Notes under the pieces: generated by a model
Told to the model about the DNA's origin: nothing
Database searches by the model: none
Seen by the model: the letters and a program-made list of their open reading frames with translations, nothing else
Assembly (NCBI GenBank): GCA_902768795.1
Contig: CACXMS010000005.1
Location: 18,492 to 82,491 of the forward strand
Direction of reading: 5' to 3'
From: an uncultured Eubacteriales bacterium
GTDB lineage: Bacteria; Bacillota; Clostridia; Christensenellales; CAG-138
Length of the DNA stretch: 64,000 bases
Position numbers and translations under genes: made by a program
In this document: piece after piece, positions 46,738-55,649 of the stretch
Position numbering within the stretch: position 1 is the first letter of the stretch
Layout of the letters: each line of letters starts with the position of its first letter

Positions 46738-48033
46738 TCAATCCGCCCGTTTCAGCTCCATTGCAAGAATCGCATCTTCGTCAAGCGCATTTCCGTCACG
46801 GTCGTGTACGGAAAGCTGTATCTCGTATTCCGGATCCTCCGCATAGCCGAACAAGCGCCGGATCGTATTGCCTTGAAACTCGCATCCGAAAACCGTGATC
46901 TCTCCGCTCCGGAACAATCCCTCGATCGTATTGCCGCGAAGCGACGTTCCCAAAAGCGCGATCTTCGTTTCGGAAAGCCAGCCCCTGAGGAAGCTTCCGA
47001 AGCTGTTATCGTGAATATCGCAGTCCGAGATCGTATAGCTGCCGGGAGCGTCGGAGGTCGCATCAAAGTCGAACAGAATGTCCGCTTTGTTGCCGTGCAC
47101 GGTCACCCGCGAAAGATCGATACGGAGGGGATTTTCAAAGCAGAACAGGTAGGTGCAGTCGTTTCCGAAGAGCTCGCAGTCTTCGAACCTGGCGCTGCTG
47201 CTGCGGCCGTCGATCGCAATCCAGACGGATGCGTCGCCCTGCTCTTCATCGGGAAGCGGTTCTTCACAGTTCCGGCAATCGTGCAGACGGCATTTGGACA
47301 CCAGAATGTCCTCGCATTCGGATAGCGACAGCGCCATGCCGCAGTCATGAATGTCTGCGCCCAAAACGGCAAAACCCTTGCAGTTTGCGGCAAACACCGC
47401 CAATACGGATCCGGTGATTTCGGCGCCTTCCAGCGAAACGTTTTCGCAGCGGTTGGCATAAACCGCGGTGCTCGCCAAAAATCCGCAGCGCTCCAGGCGA
47501 ACGTCCGTACAGTCTGTGATGCGGATTCCTTCTTCCTTCGCTTCAAAGGTGATCCCGACGAACGTCAGTCCAAAGCAGGATTTCGCGTCAACGGCAGTCT
47601 CGCTTTCCTTTGCGGAAAGAATGCATGCGGCGTTCTCCTCGGCCCGGATGCAGAGACCGTCCGCATGCTCGACCCTCAGAAGCAGGCGATCGCTGTCAAC
47701 GATAAATTCGCTGCGAACGAACGCGCAGTACGGATTGTCGCCGGCATAGGACTCCGACGCCGCGCCCAGATCGTATGTGCCGCCGGCAAGGATGATCTCC
47801 GTATCCGGAGCGATCGCCGCAAGCAATTCTTCGACCGTCGAAGCATGAACCGTTTTGCGCCTGGCAGGCGCTTCGGTCGGCTGTTCCGCGGGAAGCGGCT
47901 CCGCGGCCGGGGCTTCTGTGATGAGCGGCGCCGCGGTCGGGGCTGCGGCCTGTCCGTTCGGCTGCTTTGCGGTGCAGGCAGCTATGGAAAACGACGTCAA
48001 TCCGGCAAGAATCAGGCAAATAAACTGTTTCAT
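46738..48033 (-). CDS. Lipoprotein with right-handed parallel beta-helix repeats
   Basis: Lipobox SIAAC. Repeated (C)xDVxLExC / GNxIxxLF rungs. ATG at 48033; an alternative TTG lies at 48039. Confidence 0.65.
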   Translation of the reverse strand: MKQFICLILAGLTSFSIAACTAKQPNGQAAAPTAAPLITEAPAAEPLPAEQPTEAPARRKTVHASTVEELLAAIAPDTEIILAGGTYDLGAASESYAGDNPYCAFVRSEFIVDSDRLLLRVEHADGLCIRAEENAACILSAKESETAVDAKSCFGLTFVGITFEAKEEGIRITDCTDVRLERCGFLASTAVYANRCENVSLEGAEITGSVLAVFAANCKGFAVLGADIHDCGMALSLSECEDILVSKCRLHDCRNCEEPLPDEEQGDASVWIAIDGRSSSARFEDCELFGNDCTYLFCFENPLRIDLSRVTVHGNKADILFDFDATSDAPGSYTISDCDIHDNSFGSFLRGWLSETKIALLGTSLRGNTIEGLFRSGEITVFGCEFQGNTIRRLFGYAEDPEYEIQLSVHDRDGNALDEDAILAMELKRAD

Positions 48034-48206
48034 CCTCAAAAAATCCTCCCTTGATAATCAATAATACCCCGCATATTCCGGTTCCGTTGCAGCAGCCGGA
48101 CTCGGGAGGGATGGAAATCTTTTCCGTATCCGTATCTCCTCTCGAAAAGGAGAGAAAAACGGAGAGAGTTTCCGCTCTCTCCGTATTCTTATTCGGCGTT
48201 CCGTCA

Positions 48207-48896
48207 TCAGAACTTCAGGGAATTGAATTTGACGCCCGGGCCCATCGTGGAGGACACGACCATGCTCTTGATGTAGGTGCCCTTCGCCGCCGCCGGCTTC
48301 GCCTTGATGATGGCTTCCATCAGCGTGGTGAGGTTTTCTTCGAGCTTTTCAACGCCGAAGCTCTTCTTGCCGATCGGGCAGTGGACGATGTTCGTCTTGT
48401 CGACGCGGTATTCCACCTTACCGGCTTTGATATCGGAGATCGCTTTTGCGACGTCCATCGTGACCGTTCCGCTCTTGGGGTTCGGCATGAGGCCCTTCGG
48501 GCCGAGGATACGGCCGATGCGGCCGACGAGACCCATCATATCCGGCGTTGCGACGCAGACGTCGAAATCAAACCAGTTTTCGGTCTGGATCTTCTTGATG
48601 GTATCTTCATCACCGATGTAATCGGCGCCGGCTTCCTTCGCTTCGCGCGCCTTGTCGGCCTTTGCGAAAACGAGAACGCGGACGGTCTTGCCCGTGCCGT
48701 GCGGCAGAACGACTGCGCCGCGGACCTGCTGGTCGGCGTGACGGGAGTCGACGCCCAGACGGACGGAAACTTCGATCGTTTCGTCAAACTTGGCCTTCGC
48801 GGTCTCCAGAACCGCTTCAAGACCTTCCCGCGGATCGTACAGCTTGCTGCGGTCGATCAGCGCCTTGCTTGCATTGTAATTCTTTCCGTGTTTCAT
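48207..48896 (-). CDS. rplA: 50S ribosomal protein L1
   Basis: MKHGKNY...VRLGVD...[13 protein letters not shown] motif. GAGGAGG RBS. Confidence 0.95.
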   Translation of the reverse strand: MKHGKNYNASKALIDRSKLYDPREGLEAVLETAKAKFDETIEVSVRLGVDSRHADQQVRGAVVLPHGTGKTVRVLVFAKADKAREAKEAGADYIGDEDTIKKIQTENWFDFDVCVATPDMMGLVGRIGRILGPKGLMPNPKSGTVTMDVAKAISDIKAGKVEYRVDKTNIVHCPIGKKSFGVEKLEENLTTLMEAIIKAKPAAAKGTYIKSMVVSSTMGPGVKFNSLKF

Positions 48897-48909
48897 GTTC
48901 CGTACCTCC

Positions 48910-49335
48910 TCAGTCCGCAACCACAACGCCCATGCTGCGTGCGGTGCCGGCAACCATGCTCATCGCCGCTTCGACGCTCGCCGCGTTCAGATCGGGCATT
49001 TTGAGCTCCGCGATCTCGCGAACCTGCGCCTTGGTGATCGTGGCGACTTTGGTCTTGTTCGGGGTGCCGGAAGCGCTCTCGATGCCGCAGGCCTTCTTGA
49101 TGAGGACTGCCGCCGGAGGCGTCTTCGTGATGAACGTGAAGCTGCGATCCTGGTAAACGGTGATAACGACCGGGATGACCAGACCGACCTGCTTGTTGGT
49201 ACGCTCGTTGAACTCTTTGCAGAAGCCCATGATGTTCACGCCGTGCTGACCGAGTGCGGGGCCGACAGGCGGCGCCGGCGTTGCTTTACCGGCGGGGATC
49301 TGCAGCTTTACATAACCTGTGATCTTCTTTGCCAT
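48910..49335 (-). CDS. rplK: 50S ribosomal protein L11
   Basis: [36 protein letters not shown]. Confidence 0.95.
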   Translation of the reverse strand: MAKKITGYVKLQIPAGKATPAPPVGPALGQHGVNIMGFCKEFNERTNKQVGLVIPVVITVYQDRSFTFITKTPPAAVLIKKACGIESASGTPNKTKVATITKAQVREIAELKMPDLNAASVEAAMSMVAGTARSMGVVVAD

Positions 49336-49417
49336 TGCTGTTTCTCCTTTTTTCTTTTAGGTCGTGGTGCGGGGTGCCTCCCCTTCCACAATGTCAAACC
49401 GCTTTTTGCGGATTGAT

Positions 49418-50002
49418 TCAAAGTTTCTGTACCTGGATGAAATCCAGTTCCACCGGCGTTTCTCTGCCGAACATCGAAACGGAAAGCTTGACCTTCTGGC
49501 GTTCGACGTCGATCTTGTCCACGCGGCCGATGAAGTTTTCGAGCGGGCCGGAAACGACGCGCACATTCTCGCCTTCCTCGATATCGAGAACGATCGGGAT
49601 CCGTTCAACGCCCATTGCGACCACTTCTTCATCCTTCAGCGGGATCGGTTTGCTTCCCGGACCCACAAAGCCAGTTACGCCGCGCGTGTTGCGAATCACG
49701 TACCAGGCGCGCGGATTCATGACAAGATCGTACGTTTTGCCGCCGCCGAGCTCCTGGGGGCGCTCTTTTTCCACGACGTCCACGTTCATCTTGATCATGA
49801 CGTAGCCGGGGTAGACCTTGCGGACGACGGATTTACGCTTCCCGTTGGGCAGGATCTCAATGGTTTCCTCAGTCGGATACATGACCTCGAGAATGATATC
49901 CTGCAAACCGGCGTTTTCGACGGCCTTGATGAGGTCCTCCTTGACCTTGTTCTCATACCCGGAATAGGTATGAACCACATACCATTTTGTTTCCTGACTC
50001 AT
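49418..50002 (-). CDS. nusG: Transcription termination/antitermination factor NusG
   Basis: KWYVVHTYSGYENKV NGN domain plus a C-terminal KOW domain. Confidence 0.95.
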   Translation of the reverse strand: MSQETKWYVVHTYSGYENKVKEDLIKAVENAGLQDIILEVMYPTEETIEILPNGKRKSVVRKVYPGYVMIKMNVDVVEKERPQELGGGKTYDLVMNPRAWYVIRNTRGVTGFVGPGSKPIPLKDEEVVAMGVERIPIVLDIEEGENVRVVSGPLENFIGRVDKIDVERQKVKLSVSMFGRETPVELDFIQVQKL

Positions 50003-50009
50003 GGTGCCG

Positions 50010-50330
50010 TTATCCGATCAAAAGCTTTTCCATCACCGAGAGCATGGACTCCGGCGAAGCCGAGGGCGCGGAGGCGCCCAGCAGAAGTTCCATCGGCTTG
50101 CCGAAAGCGAAGTCCAGGATATAGATGATAATCGTAACGGCGATGACGACGACGATTACAACGCCTGTATTCTTTGCCAGCTCTTTCGGGGAAAGCCAGG
50201 TCAGCTTTTTGACCTCGCCCCACATCTCCTTGAGATATGCGCCGAGCTTGAACTTCTTTTCCTTCTTCTTTTTGACTTCGGGCTTCTTGCCTTCCGCTTT
50301 CTTTTCCAATTCTTTTGCCATCTTGTTCAC
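50010..50330 (-). CDS. secE: Preprotein translocase subunit SecE
   Basis: Lys-rich N-terminus, EVKKLTW motif, single C-terminal TM. Start is ambiguous: GTG at 50330 or ATG at 50321. Confidence 0.85.
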   Translation of the reverse strand: MNKMAKELEKKAEGKKPEVKKKKEKKFKLGAYLKEMWGEVKKLTWLSPKELAKNTGVVIVVVIAVTIIIYILDFAFGKPMELLLGASAPSASPESMLSVMEKLLIG

Positions 50331-50333
50331 CGA

Positions 50334-50483
50334 TTACTTGGACTCTCTGTGCAGGGTGTGCTTCCGGCAGAAACGGCAATACTTGTTGAACTCAAGACGA
50401 TCGGGATCGTTCTTTTTGTTCTTGAAGGTGTTGTAGTTTCTCTGCTTGCATTCGGTGCAAGCCAATGTGATCTTAACGCGCAT
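50334..50483 (-). CDS. rpmG: 50S ribosomal protein L33
   Basis: Not in the ORF track (49 aa). My translation is [59 protein letters not shown]. Canonical rpmG-secE-nusG order. Confidence 0.9.
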   Translation of the reverse strand: MRVKITLACTECKQRNYNTFKNKKNDPDRLEFNKYCRFCRKHTLHRESK

Positions 50484-50545
50484 GGATTAAAACCTCCTCA
50501 GGATTTTCACATCAAAAACAGCCCCCCTGTGGGGACGCCTTTGTT

Positions 50546-50574
50546 AGACTACCACAAACGGGCTGACTTGTCAA
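50546..50574 (-). promoter_or_regulatory. Possible promoter of the rpmG-secE-nusG cluster
   Basis: On the minus strand: TTGACA, 17 nt spacer, TAGTCT (weak -10). Confidence 0.35.
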
Positions 50575-50684
50575 TGAAAACTTTTGATTTTTCCGCGGTT
50601 TTTCCGCATTTTTTCAGTTGCTTTTCCGCTGCGGCAGGGGATTTGCCGGTAAGTCCCGCTGCTTCGGCCCGTCCTGTCCGGCCG

Positions 50685-52007
50685 TCATTTGCCGGCGACG
50701 GACAGAACGGAGATCAGAAGACTCGGGCTTTCGATCGCGCCGTACACCGTAAACGCGGGATCGGCGCCGACCGCTTCGATTTCATTCAGCAGCGCGTAAA
50801 TGTTTCCGGCGATCGTGATGCGGTCCACCGCGCGCACCGGCTTGCCGCCCCGGATCAGCGCGCCGGACGCCATGAGCGAGAAGTCGCCGGAAATCTGGTT
50901 CACACCGGCGTGCAGTCCGCCGAAGTCGTCGAGCATTAGGCCGTCGCCGAGCTTTTGCAGCATTTCGTCATAGGAACCTTCGCCGCTTTCGACCGAGAGA
51001 ACCGTCGGCCCGACGCCGACCGGGCTTGCGCCCCGGCGCCTGGCGTTTCCGGTGCTCTCCGTACCGGCTTTCAGCGCCGTCTTGGTGTTGTGCAGCATCG
51101 TTTGGAACACGCCGTTTTCGACGATCGCTTTTTTGCGCGTCGGATAGCCCTCGCCGTCGAACGCGCGCGGCGCGTACGGATGGAACGGATCGTCCCAGAG
51201 CGTGAAGCAGTCCGAGGCGATTTTTTCACCCTCGCGCCCGGCGAGCAGCGACCGCCCCTTCTGCGCTTCTTCCGCACTGAACAGAGGGACGAACGGGAAC
51301 AGGAACATGGCCGCGGCGCTGTTCTTGAACAGCACGCGGTACGTCCCGGTTTCGACGGGCGCGGCCGACAGCTTGAACAGCGCGTTTTGCGCCGTTTCCC
51401 GCACCAGTCCGTCCACGTCGTCGGCGCGGCTGTTCAGCCGTGCGGCAAACCCGTCCTTCACAACGCCGTCGCTTTCCGCGACCGCCGACAGCACAAGCGC
51501 GGCTTCGTTCGATTCCCGCTCGGCGCAAAGTCCGAGCGTATTGTGCAGCTCGAACCGGGAATGTCCCGTTTCGACTTCACACGTCTGCACGCGCCGGATC
51601 CGCGGATCAAAAGCAAGCGCCTTTTGCTCGATCCCGAGCGCCATCGCGATCTTATCGGGGACCGAAACGCCTTCGAGCGGCGTGGCGCGGACGGCAACCG
51701 GCGCATAGCTTTGCGCGCCGATCATCGGATGCGAGTCGGTCGATTCGATCACGCGCGCGTTGTCGATCGCGCGGCAAACCAGCGCCCGGGGATCGTCAAA
51801 CGATTCGGTATAGGCGTAGCCGTCCTTTCCGCCGTACTTGACGCGAAGATTCAGGCCGCACTCCTTTGCGACTTTATATTGCTCCAGCTCCGCGTTCAGG
51901 ACGGAAGCGGAAAAGTTCTCGCTTTCTTCATAATAGGTTTCCGCAGCTTCGCAGCCGAGTTCACGGGCAATGCGAAACAGCTCGTTCCGAAATTCGCTGC
52001 GCTCCAT
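50685..52007 (-). CDS. pmbA: TldD/PmbA-family metallopeptidase, PmbA/TldE-like subunit
   Basis: About 440 aa from MERSEF. No HExxxH motif. The start overlaps the tldD stop by 1 nt. Confidence 0.8.
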   Translation of the reverse strand: MERSEFRNELFRIARELGCEAAETYYEESENFSASVLNAELEQYKVAKECGLNLRVKYGGKDGYAYTESFDDPRALVCRAIDNARVIESTDSHPMIGAQSYAPVAVRATPLEGVSVPDKIAMALGIEQKALAFDPRIRRVQTCEVETGHSRFELHNTLGLCAERESNEAALVLSAVAESDGVVKDGFAARLNSRADDVDGLVRETAQNALFKLSAAPVETGTYRVLFKNSAAAMFLFPFVPLFSAEEAQKGRSLLAGREGEKIASDCFTLWDDPFHPYAPRAFDGEGYPTRKKAIVENGVFQTMLHNTKTALKAGTESTGNARRRGASPVGVGPTVLSVESGEGSYDEMLQKLGDGLMLDDFGGLHAGVNQISGDFSLMASGALIRGGKPVRAVDRITIAGNIYALLNEIEAVGADPAFTVYGAIESPSLLISVLSVAGK

Positions 52008-53395
52008 TACAGTTCGCCTCCTTTGCCGCCGACGGTAATGCTTGTAACGCGGATCACGGGCTGGCCGACGTTTGTCGGGACGCTGCCCGAAACGGATCCG
52101 CACATGCCCTGCGCCATCCACATGGACGGCCCGACACGGTCGATCCGCTGCAGGATTTCGGCGCCCTTGCCGATCAGCATCGCGCCGCGGACGGGGCAGA
52201 CGATCTTTCCGTCGCGGACCCAGTATCCTTCGGCGACCGCGAAATTGAATTCGCCGGTCAGCGGGTTCACCGAGCCGCCGCCGAGCGTCGCGGCGTAAAG
52301 ACCGGTTCCCATCGTCCGGATCATTTCGTCCGGATCGTCCTTGCCCGGACAGATGAACGTATTCGTCATGCGGGACGTCGGCGCAAAGGTGTAATCCTGC
52401 CGCCGACTGCTCCCGGTCAGCGGAAGATGCAGTCGCTGCGCGCCGACGCGGTCGACCAGATAGCTTTTCAGGATGCCGTTTTCGATCAGCAGATTCTTTT
52501 GTCCGGGCGTGCCCTCGTCGTCAATGTTGATCGAGCCCCACTCGAACGGGATCGTTCCGTCGTCCATGGCGGAAACGCAGGGCGCGGCGATCTTGGTATT
52601 CAGCTTGCCGCAGAATTCCGAGTTGCCGGGGCCGACCGACGTTGCCTCCAGACTGTGTCCGCACGCCTCATGGAAGATCACGCCGCCGAATCCGCCGGAG
52701 ATCACAACCGGCATATTCCCGCCGGGGCAATCCTTGGCGGAGAGCAGCAGCACGGCGCGCTCCGCCGCTTTTCTTGCCGACGCTTCCACGTCGATCCGAT
52801 CCCGGTACGATTCGAATCCGCGGCAGCAGCCCGGCGCTTCCAATCCGCGCTCCGCGGCGGCTCCTTCGCTTGCGACCGCCAGAATGCCCATTCGCGTGCG
52901 CGGCCGGACGTCCTCGGCCCAGACGCCTTCGGTGTTGCAGATCAGAACGCGCTGCACTTCGTCCATGTACGACAGCGTGAACTGCCGGACCTTTTCGGAA
53001 ACGGCTTTCCCCGCCGCGTGCGCCTGATGCATCAGGGCGACGCGCCGGTCGTTCGTTACGCCGGAAAGCGAAATCTTTTGCGGCGTCGCGTATGCTTTTT
53101 TCATAAACTGCAGCGTGTGCGGCTTTGCGCTGCCGCTCAGCGCGGCGGCTGCGGCGCGGGCGGTGTCGATCAGCGCCGCTTCGCCTGTGTCCGCGGTATA
53201 GGCATAGGCGGACTGCGCGCCGCGCATCACGCGAACGCCTGCGCCGTGCCGGTGCGAGGACAGACTCTGCTCGATGCGGCCGTCCGACATCGTGAGGCGG
53301 TTCCGGTCGCAATCCTCCGCAAACAGCTCCGCAAAATCGGCTCCCGTTTCGAGCGCGGCGCAAAGAACGCGCTCCGCCGATGAATTCGAAATCAT
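52007..53395 (-). CDS. tldD: Metalloprotease TldD
   Basis: HEACGHSLE (HExxxH) motif. 462 aa. Paired with the PmbA-like gene. Confidence 0.85.
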   Translation of the reverse strand: MISNSSAERVLCAALETGADFAELFAEDCDRNRLTMSDGRIEQSLSSHRHGAGVRVMRGAQSAYAYTADTGEAALIDTARAAAAALSGSAKPHTLQFMKKAYATPQKISLSGVTNDRRVALMHQAHAAGKAVSEKVRQFTLSYMDEVQRVLICNTEGVWAEDVRPRTRMGILAVASEGAAAERGLEAPGCCRGFESYRDRIDVEASARKAAERAVLLLSAKDCPGGNMPVVISGGFGGVIFHEACGHSLEATSVGPGNSEFCGKLNTKIAAPCVSAMDDGTIPFEWGSINIDDEGTPGQKNLLIENGILKSYLVDRVGAQRLHLPLTGSSRRQDYTFAPTSRMTNTFICPGKDDPDEMIRTMGTGLYAATLGGGSVNPLTGEFNFAVAEGYWVRDGKIVCPVRGAMLIGKGAEILQRIDRVGPSMWMAQGMCGSVSGSVPTNVGQPVIRVTSITVGGKGGEL

Positions 53396-53492
53396 AGGAC
53401 CTCCTGCTGTACCGTAATTGTGCTTAACAATATATCACTTTATGCCGTTTCTGTCAATCCGCCGGAGGGCCTTTTGAAAATGATTTTCCGTC

Positions 53493-53521
53493 TTGACAGT
53501 TTCGGTTTCCTGTTGTAAAAT
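53493..53521 (+). promoter_or_regulatory. Promoter of tRNA-Val
   Basis: TTGACA, 17 nt spacer, TAAAAT, 12 nt before the tRNA 5' end. Confidence 0.65.
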
Positions 53522-53533
53522 GACATTTGTTAC

Positions 53534-53610
53534 GGGGATGTAGCTCAGCAGGTTAGAGCGCTGTGTTCACATCGCAGAGGTCTAGGGTTCGAGCCCCTAC
53601 ATCCCCACCA
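53534..53610 (+). tRNA. tRNA-Val (anticodon CAC)
   Basis: Acceptor GGGGATG/CATCCCC, D-loop AGCTCAGCAGGTTAGAGC, anticodon loop TTCACAT, GGTTCGAGCCC T-loop, encoded CCA. Confidence 0.9.
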
Positions 53611-53617
53611 GAAAAAA

Positions 53618-53643
53618 GGACTTGCTTTTGCAGGTCCTTTTTC
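53618..53643 (+). terminator. Intrinsic terminator after tRNA-Val
   Basis: ggacttgc-tttt-gcaggtcc hairpin followed by TTTTT. Confidence 0.7.
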
Positions 53644-53742
53644 AATGATGTGTGCCCTGCCGGCCAAATGATGCGCGCCTGCAGGACGTGAGGGCAAACA
53701 TCGCTTCCGAAGGAAATCGCCCGGAAACGGTCGGATTCGCCG

Positions 53743-53771
53743 TTGCGGGACGCTTCCGGATATGCTATAAT
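53743..53771 (+). promoter_or_regulatory. Putative promoter
   Basis: TTGCGG, 17 nt spacer, TATAAT, upstream of the DUF3006 gene. Confidence 0.45.
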
Positions 53772-53799
53772 GAACCGTATCCGAGGGAGGGGAAACGGT

Positions 53800-54000
53800 A
53801 TGTACTGGACGGTGGATCGGATCGAGGAAGAAAAAGCGGTGCTGCTTGCCGACACGGGAGAATCGTTTTCCGTGCCCAAAAGCGTGCTGCCGGATGCGCG
53901 CGAGGGCGACGTTTTTGCGCTGCGCCGGGACGAAGCCGAACGCGAAAGACGAACCGGGGAGGCGCAGGCGTCGCTCAAAACGCTGTTTTCGAAGCGGTAG
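53800..54000 (+). CDS. DUF3006-family small protein
   Basis: MYWTVDRIEEEKAVLLADTGESFSVPKSVLPDAREGDVF pattern typical of the family. GAGGGAGGGG RBS. Confidence 0.6.
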   Translation: MYWTVDRIEEEKAVLLADTGESFSVPKSVLPDAREGDVFALRRDEAERERRTGEAQASLKTLFSKR

Positions 54001-54111
54001 CGGAGCAGAAATTCCTTAAATCGTTCACATTCCCGTGCATACTTTTTCGCTTCGGTTTGCTATACTGTTCGTATCGGACGCGGCGGGCGCGGGGAAAGAG
54101 AAGGAGCGGCT

Positions 54112-54756
54112 ATGACGGAGAAAATTGATCGGACAAAATGGAAACGCAGCGCGCATTGCGACTTTTTCGGCGCGCTGGACGTTCCGTTTTACAGCGTAAC
54201 GGCCCGGCTCGACGTGACCGGTCTGCATGCGTACTGCAAGGCGAACGCTCTGTCGTTTTACGCGGGCATGATCTGGATCACGATGCGGGCGATCAACGGG
54301 CTGGAGCCGTTTCTGTATGAGATTCACGGCGAAGACGTGTACCGAAACGATGTGCGCGATCCGTCCTACACGTACCCGTACGACGGCGATCTGTTCGGTA
54401 TCTGCACGGTGCCGTGGCAGGCGGGCGAATCGCTTGCGGCGTTCGATGCGCGCCGCCGCTCGGCGGAAGCGGCAAATCCGTCGCCGCTGCCGACCGCCGA
54501 AGCGGACGCTGCGGGACACAATGTGTATCTTTCGTGTCTGCCGTGGATCGATTACGAACATGTCGCGCAGGAGTTTCCGCTCGACCGCGACGACAGCACG
54601 CCGCGCGTCCTGTGGGGAAAATACACGGCCGCTGCGGACGGAAAGCTGACGCTCGCCTATACCGCGCAGGTCAATCACCGCCTGATCGACGGCGTCCATC
54701 TCGGACGGCTGTTCGAAGCGCTGCAGCGCGACCTGGATACGTTCGCAAACGCATAA
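54112..54756 (+). CDS. Chloramphenicol-acetyltransferase-family (CatA-like) O-acetyltransferase, substrate unknown
   Basis: 214 aa. KWKRSAHCDFF N-terminal pattern. Catalytic-site equivalent QVNHRLIDGVH, compared with HHAVCDGFH in CATs. Confidence 0.65.
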   Translation: MTEKIDRTKWKRSAHCDFFGALDVPFYSVTARLDVTGLHAYCKANALSFYAGMIWITMRAINGLEPFLYEIHGEDVYRNDVRDPSYTYPYDGDLFGICTVPWQAGESLAAFDARRRSAEAANPSPLPTAEADAAGHNVYLSCLPWIDYEHVAQEFPLDRDDSTPRVLWGKYTAAADGKLTLAYTAQVNHRLIDGVHLGRLFEALQRDLDTFANA

Positions 54757-54768
54757 GGGAGAAACGCC

Positions 54769-55503
54769 ATGGAACAAAAGAAATCAAACGGAAAGAAAGG
54801 GCTTCGCGTCCTGCTGCTTGTGCTCGGGGGCATTCTGCTGCTCGGGCTTGCGATGGGAGCGACGGTTCTGATTCAGCAGAGTCTTCGCCCGAAGCGCCCG
54901 GCGGCCACGCCTACGCCGGAGCCGACGGCAACGCCCGAACCGACGCCGATCCCCGATCGCAGATATGACGTTCTGGATCCGTCCGCGTTTACGCCCGAGA
55001 CGGAAAAGCTCGGACTGACGGAAGCGGAGCTCGACTATTACGGCGAGGAGAACTTTGCGCCCGGGATGTGGATCGATCTGACGCCGGAGGGCTTTTCGGG
55101 CGCGGTCATCCGCAACATCGCGGTCGGATATTCCTACGTTGTGCTGGACGGCGCGTATTACCGCCTCGGGGAAGGCGACGACGGAAAGGGCCTGATCGAC
55201 GCGGTGCTGTGCGATCTGAACGGCGACGACGAGGAGGATCTGCTCTATACCTACCATTTCGGAACGAAGGAGGACGGAGAAACGAAGGTCGGCTGGTTTG
55301 ACTGCGCCGAAAAAACGAACGCGGTTTCTTCGTTTGGAATTCGAAACGATTATCTGGCGATTTGCGAGGAGAACGGCGCGTATGCCGTTTACCGCTGCTC
55401 ACGCGCGGTCGACGCCGCTTCGGGCGCGTTTTCGCTGCATTTTACCGACCGCATCGGCGAAATGCTCGAGCAGGGCGGAACGCTGTACCTGATGCTGCAG
55501 TGA
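54769..55503 (+). CDS. N-terminally membrane-anchored hypothetical protein with Pro/Thr linker
   Basis: TM segment VLLLVLGGILLLGLAMGATVLI. PTPEPTATPEPTP linker. DLNGDDEEDLL (FG-GAP/calcium-loop-like). Confidence 0.55.
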   Translation: MEQKKSNGKKGLRVLLLVLGGILLLGLAMGATVLIQQSLRPKRPAATPTPEPTATPEPTPIPDRRYDVLDPSAFTPETEKLGLTEAELDYYGEENFAPGMWIDLTPEGFSGAVIRNIAVGYSYVVLDGAYYRLGEGDDGKGLIDAVLCDLNGDDEEDLLYTYHFGTKEDGETKVGWFDCAEKTNAVSSFGIRNDYLAICEENGAYAVYRCSRAVDAASGAFSLHFTDRIGEMLEQGGTLYLMLQ

Positions 55504-55633
55504 GAAATCGCTTTTTCGGGCCGCGAGGCAGACGCTTCGCGGCTTTTTCTTTTGCCCGCAGGCCGATCGGACGGTTCTTTTTGCACTTTTTTCCCGAAAC
55601 GGCAATTTAATCCTTTTCGTTTTGCGTTTTTTG

Positions 55634-55642
55634 TGATATAGT
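55634..55642 (+). promoter_or_regulatory. Extended -10 element (TGaTATAGT) 7 nt upstream of the ATG; possible leaderless start
   Basis: No Shine-Dalgarno sequence between this element and the ATG at 55650. Confidence 0.35.
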
Positions 55643-55649
55643 ATTTTGT

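Noticed and set aside
46366-46741. Short ORFs inside the repeat elements, such as MIKEKTDSSVFS... at 8507-9010(-), 46366-46686(-) and 46505-46741(-).
   Set aside because: The apparent peptide similarity between copies (MIKEKTD / MIQEKTE) comes from the conserved DNA hairpin. The frames and stops are not conserved between copies, and there is no RBS.
54112-54756. Calling the CAT-family gene a chloramphenicol resistance determinant.
   Set aside because: The sequence diverges from classical CatA (NHRLIDG versus HHAVCDG) and sits in an envelope-modification context. The substrate cannot be inferred from sequence alone.
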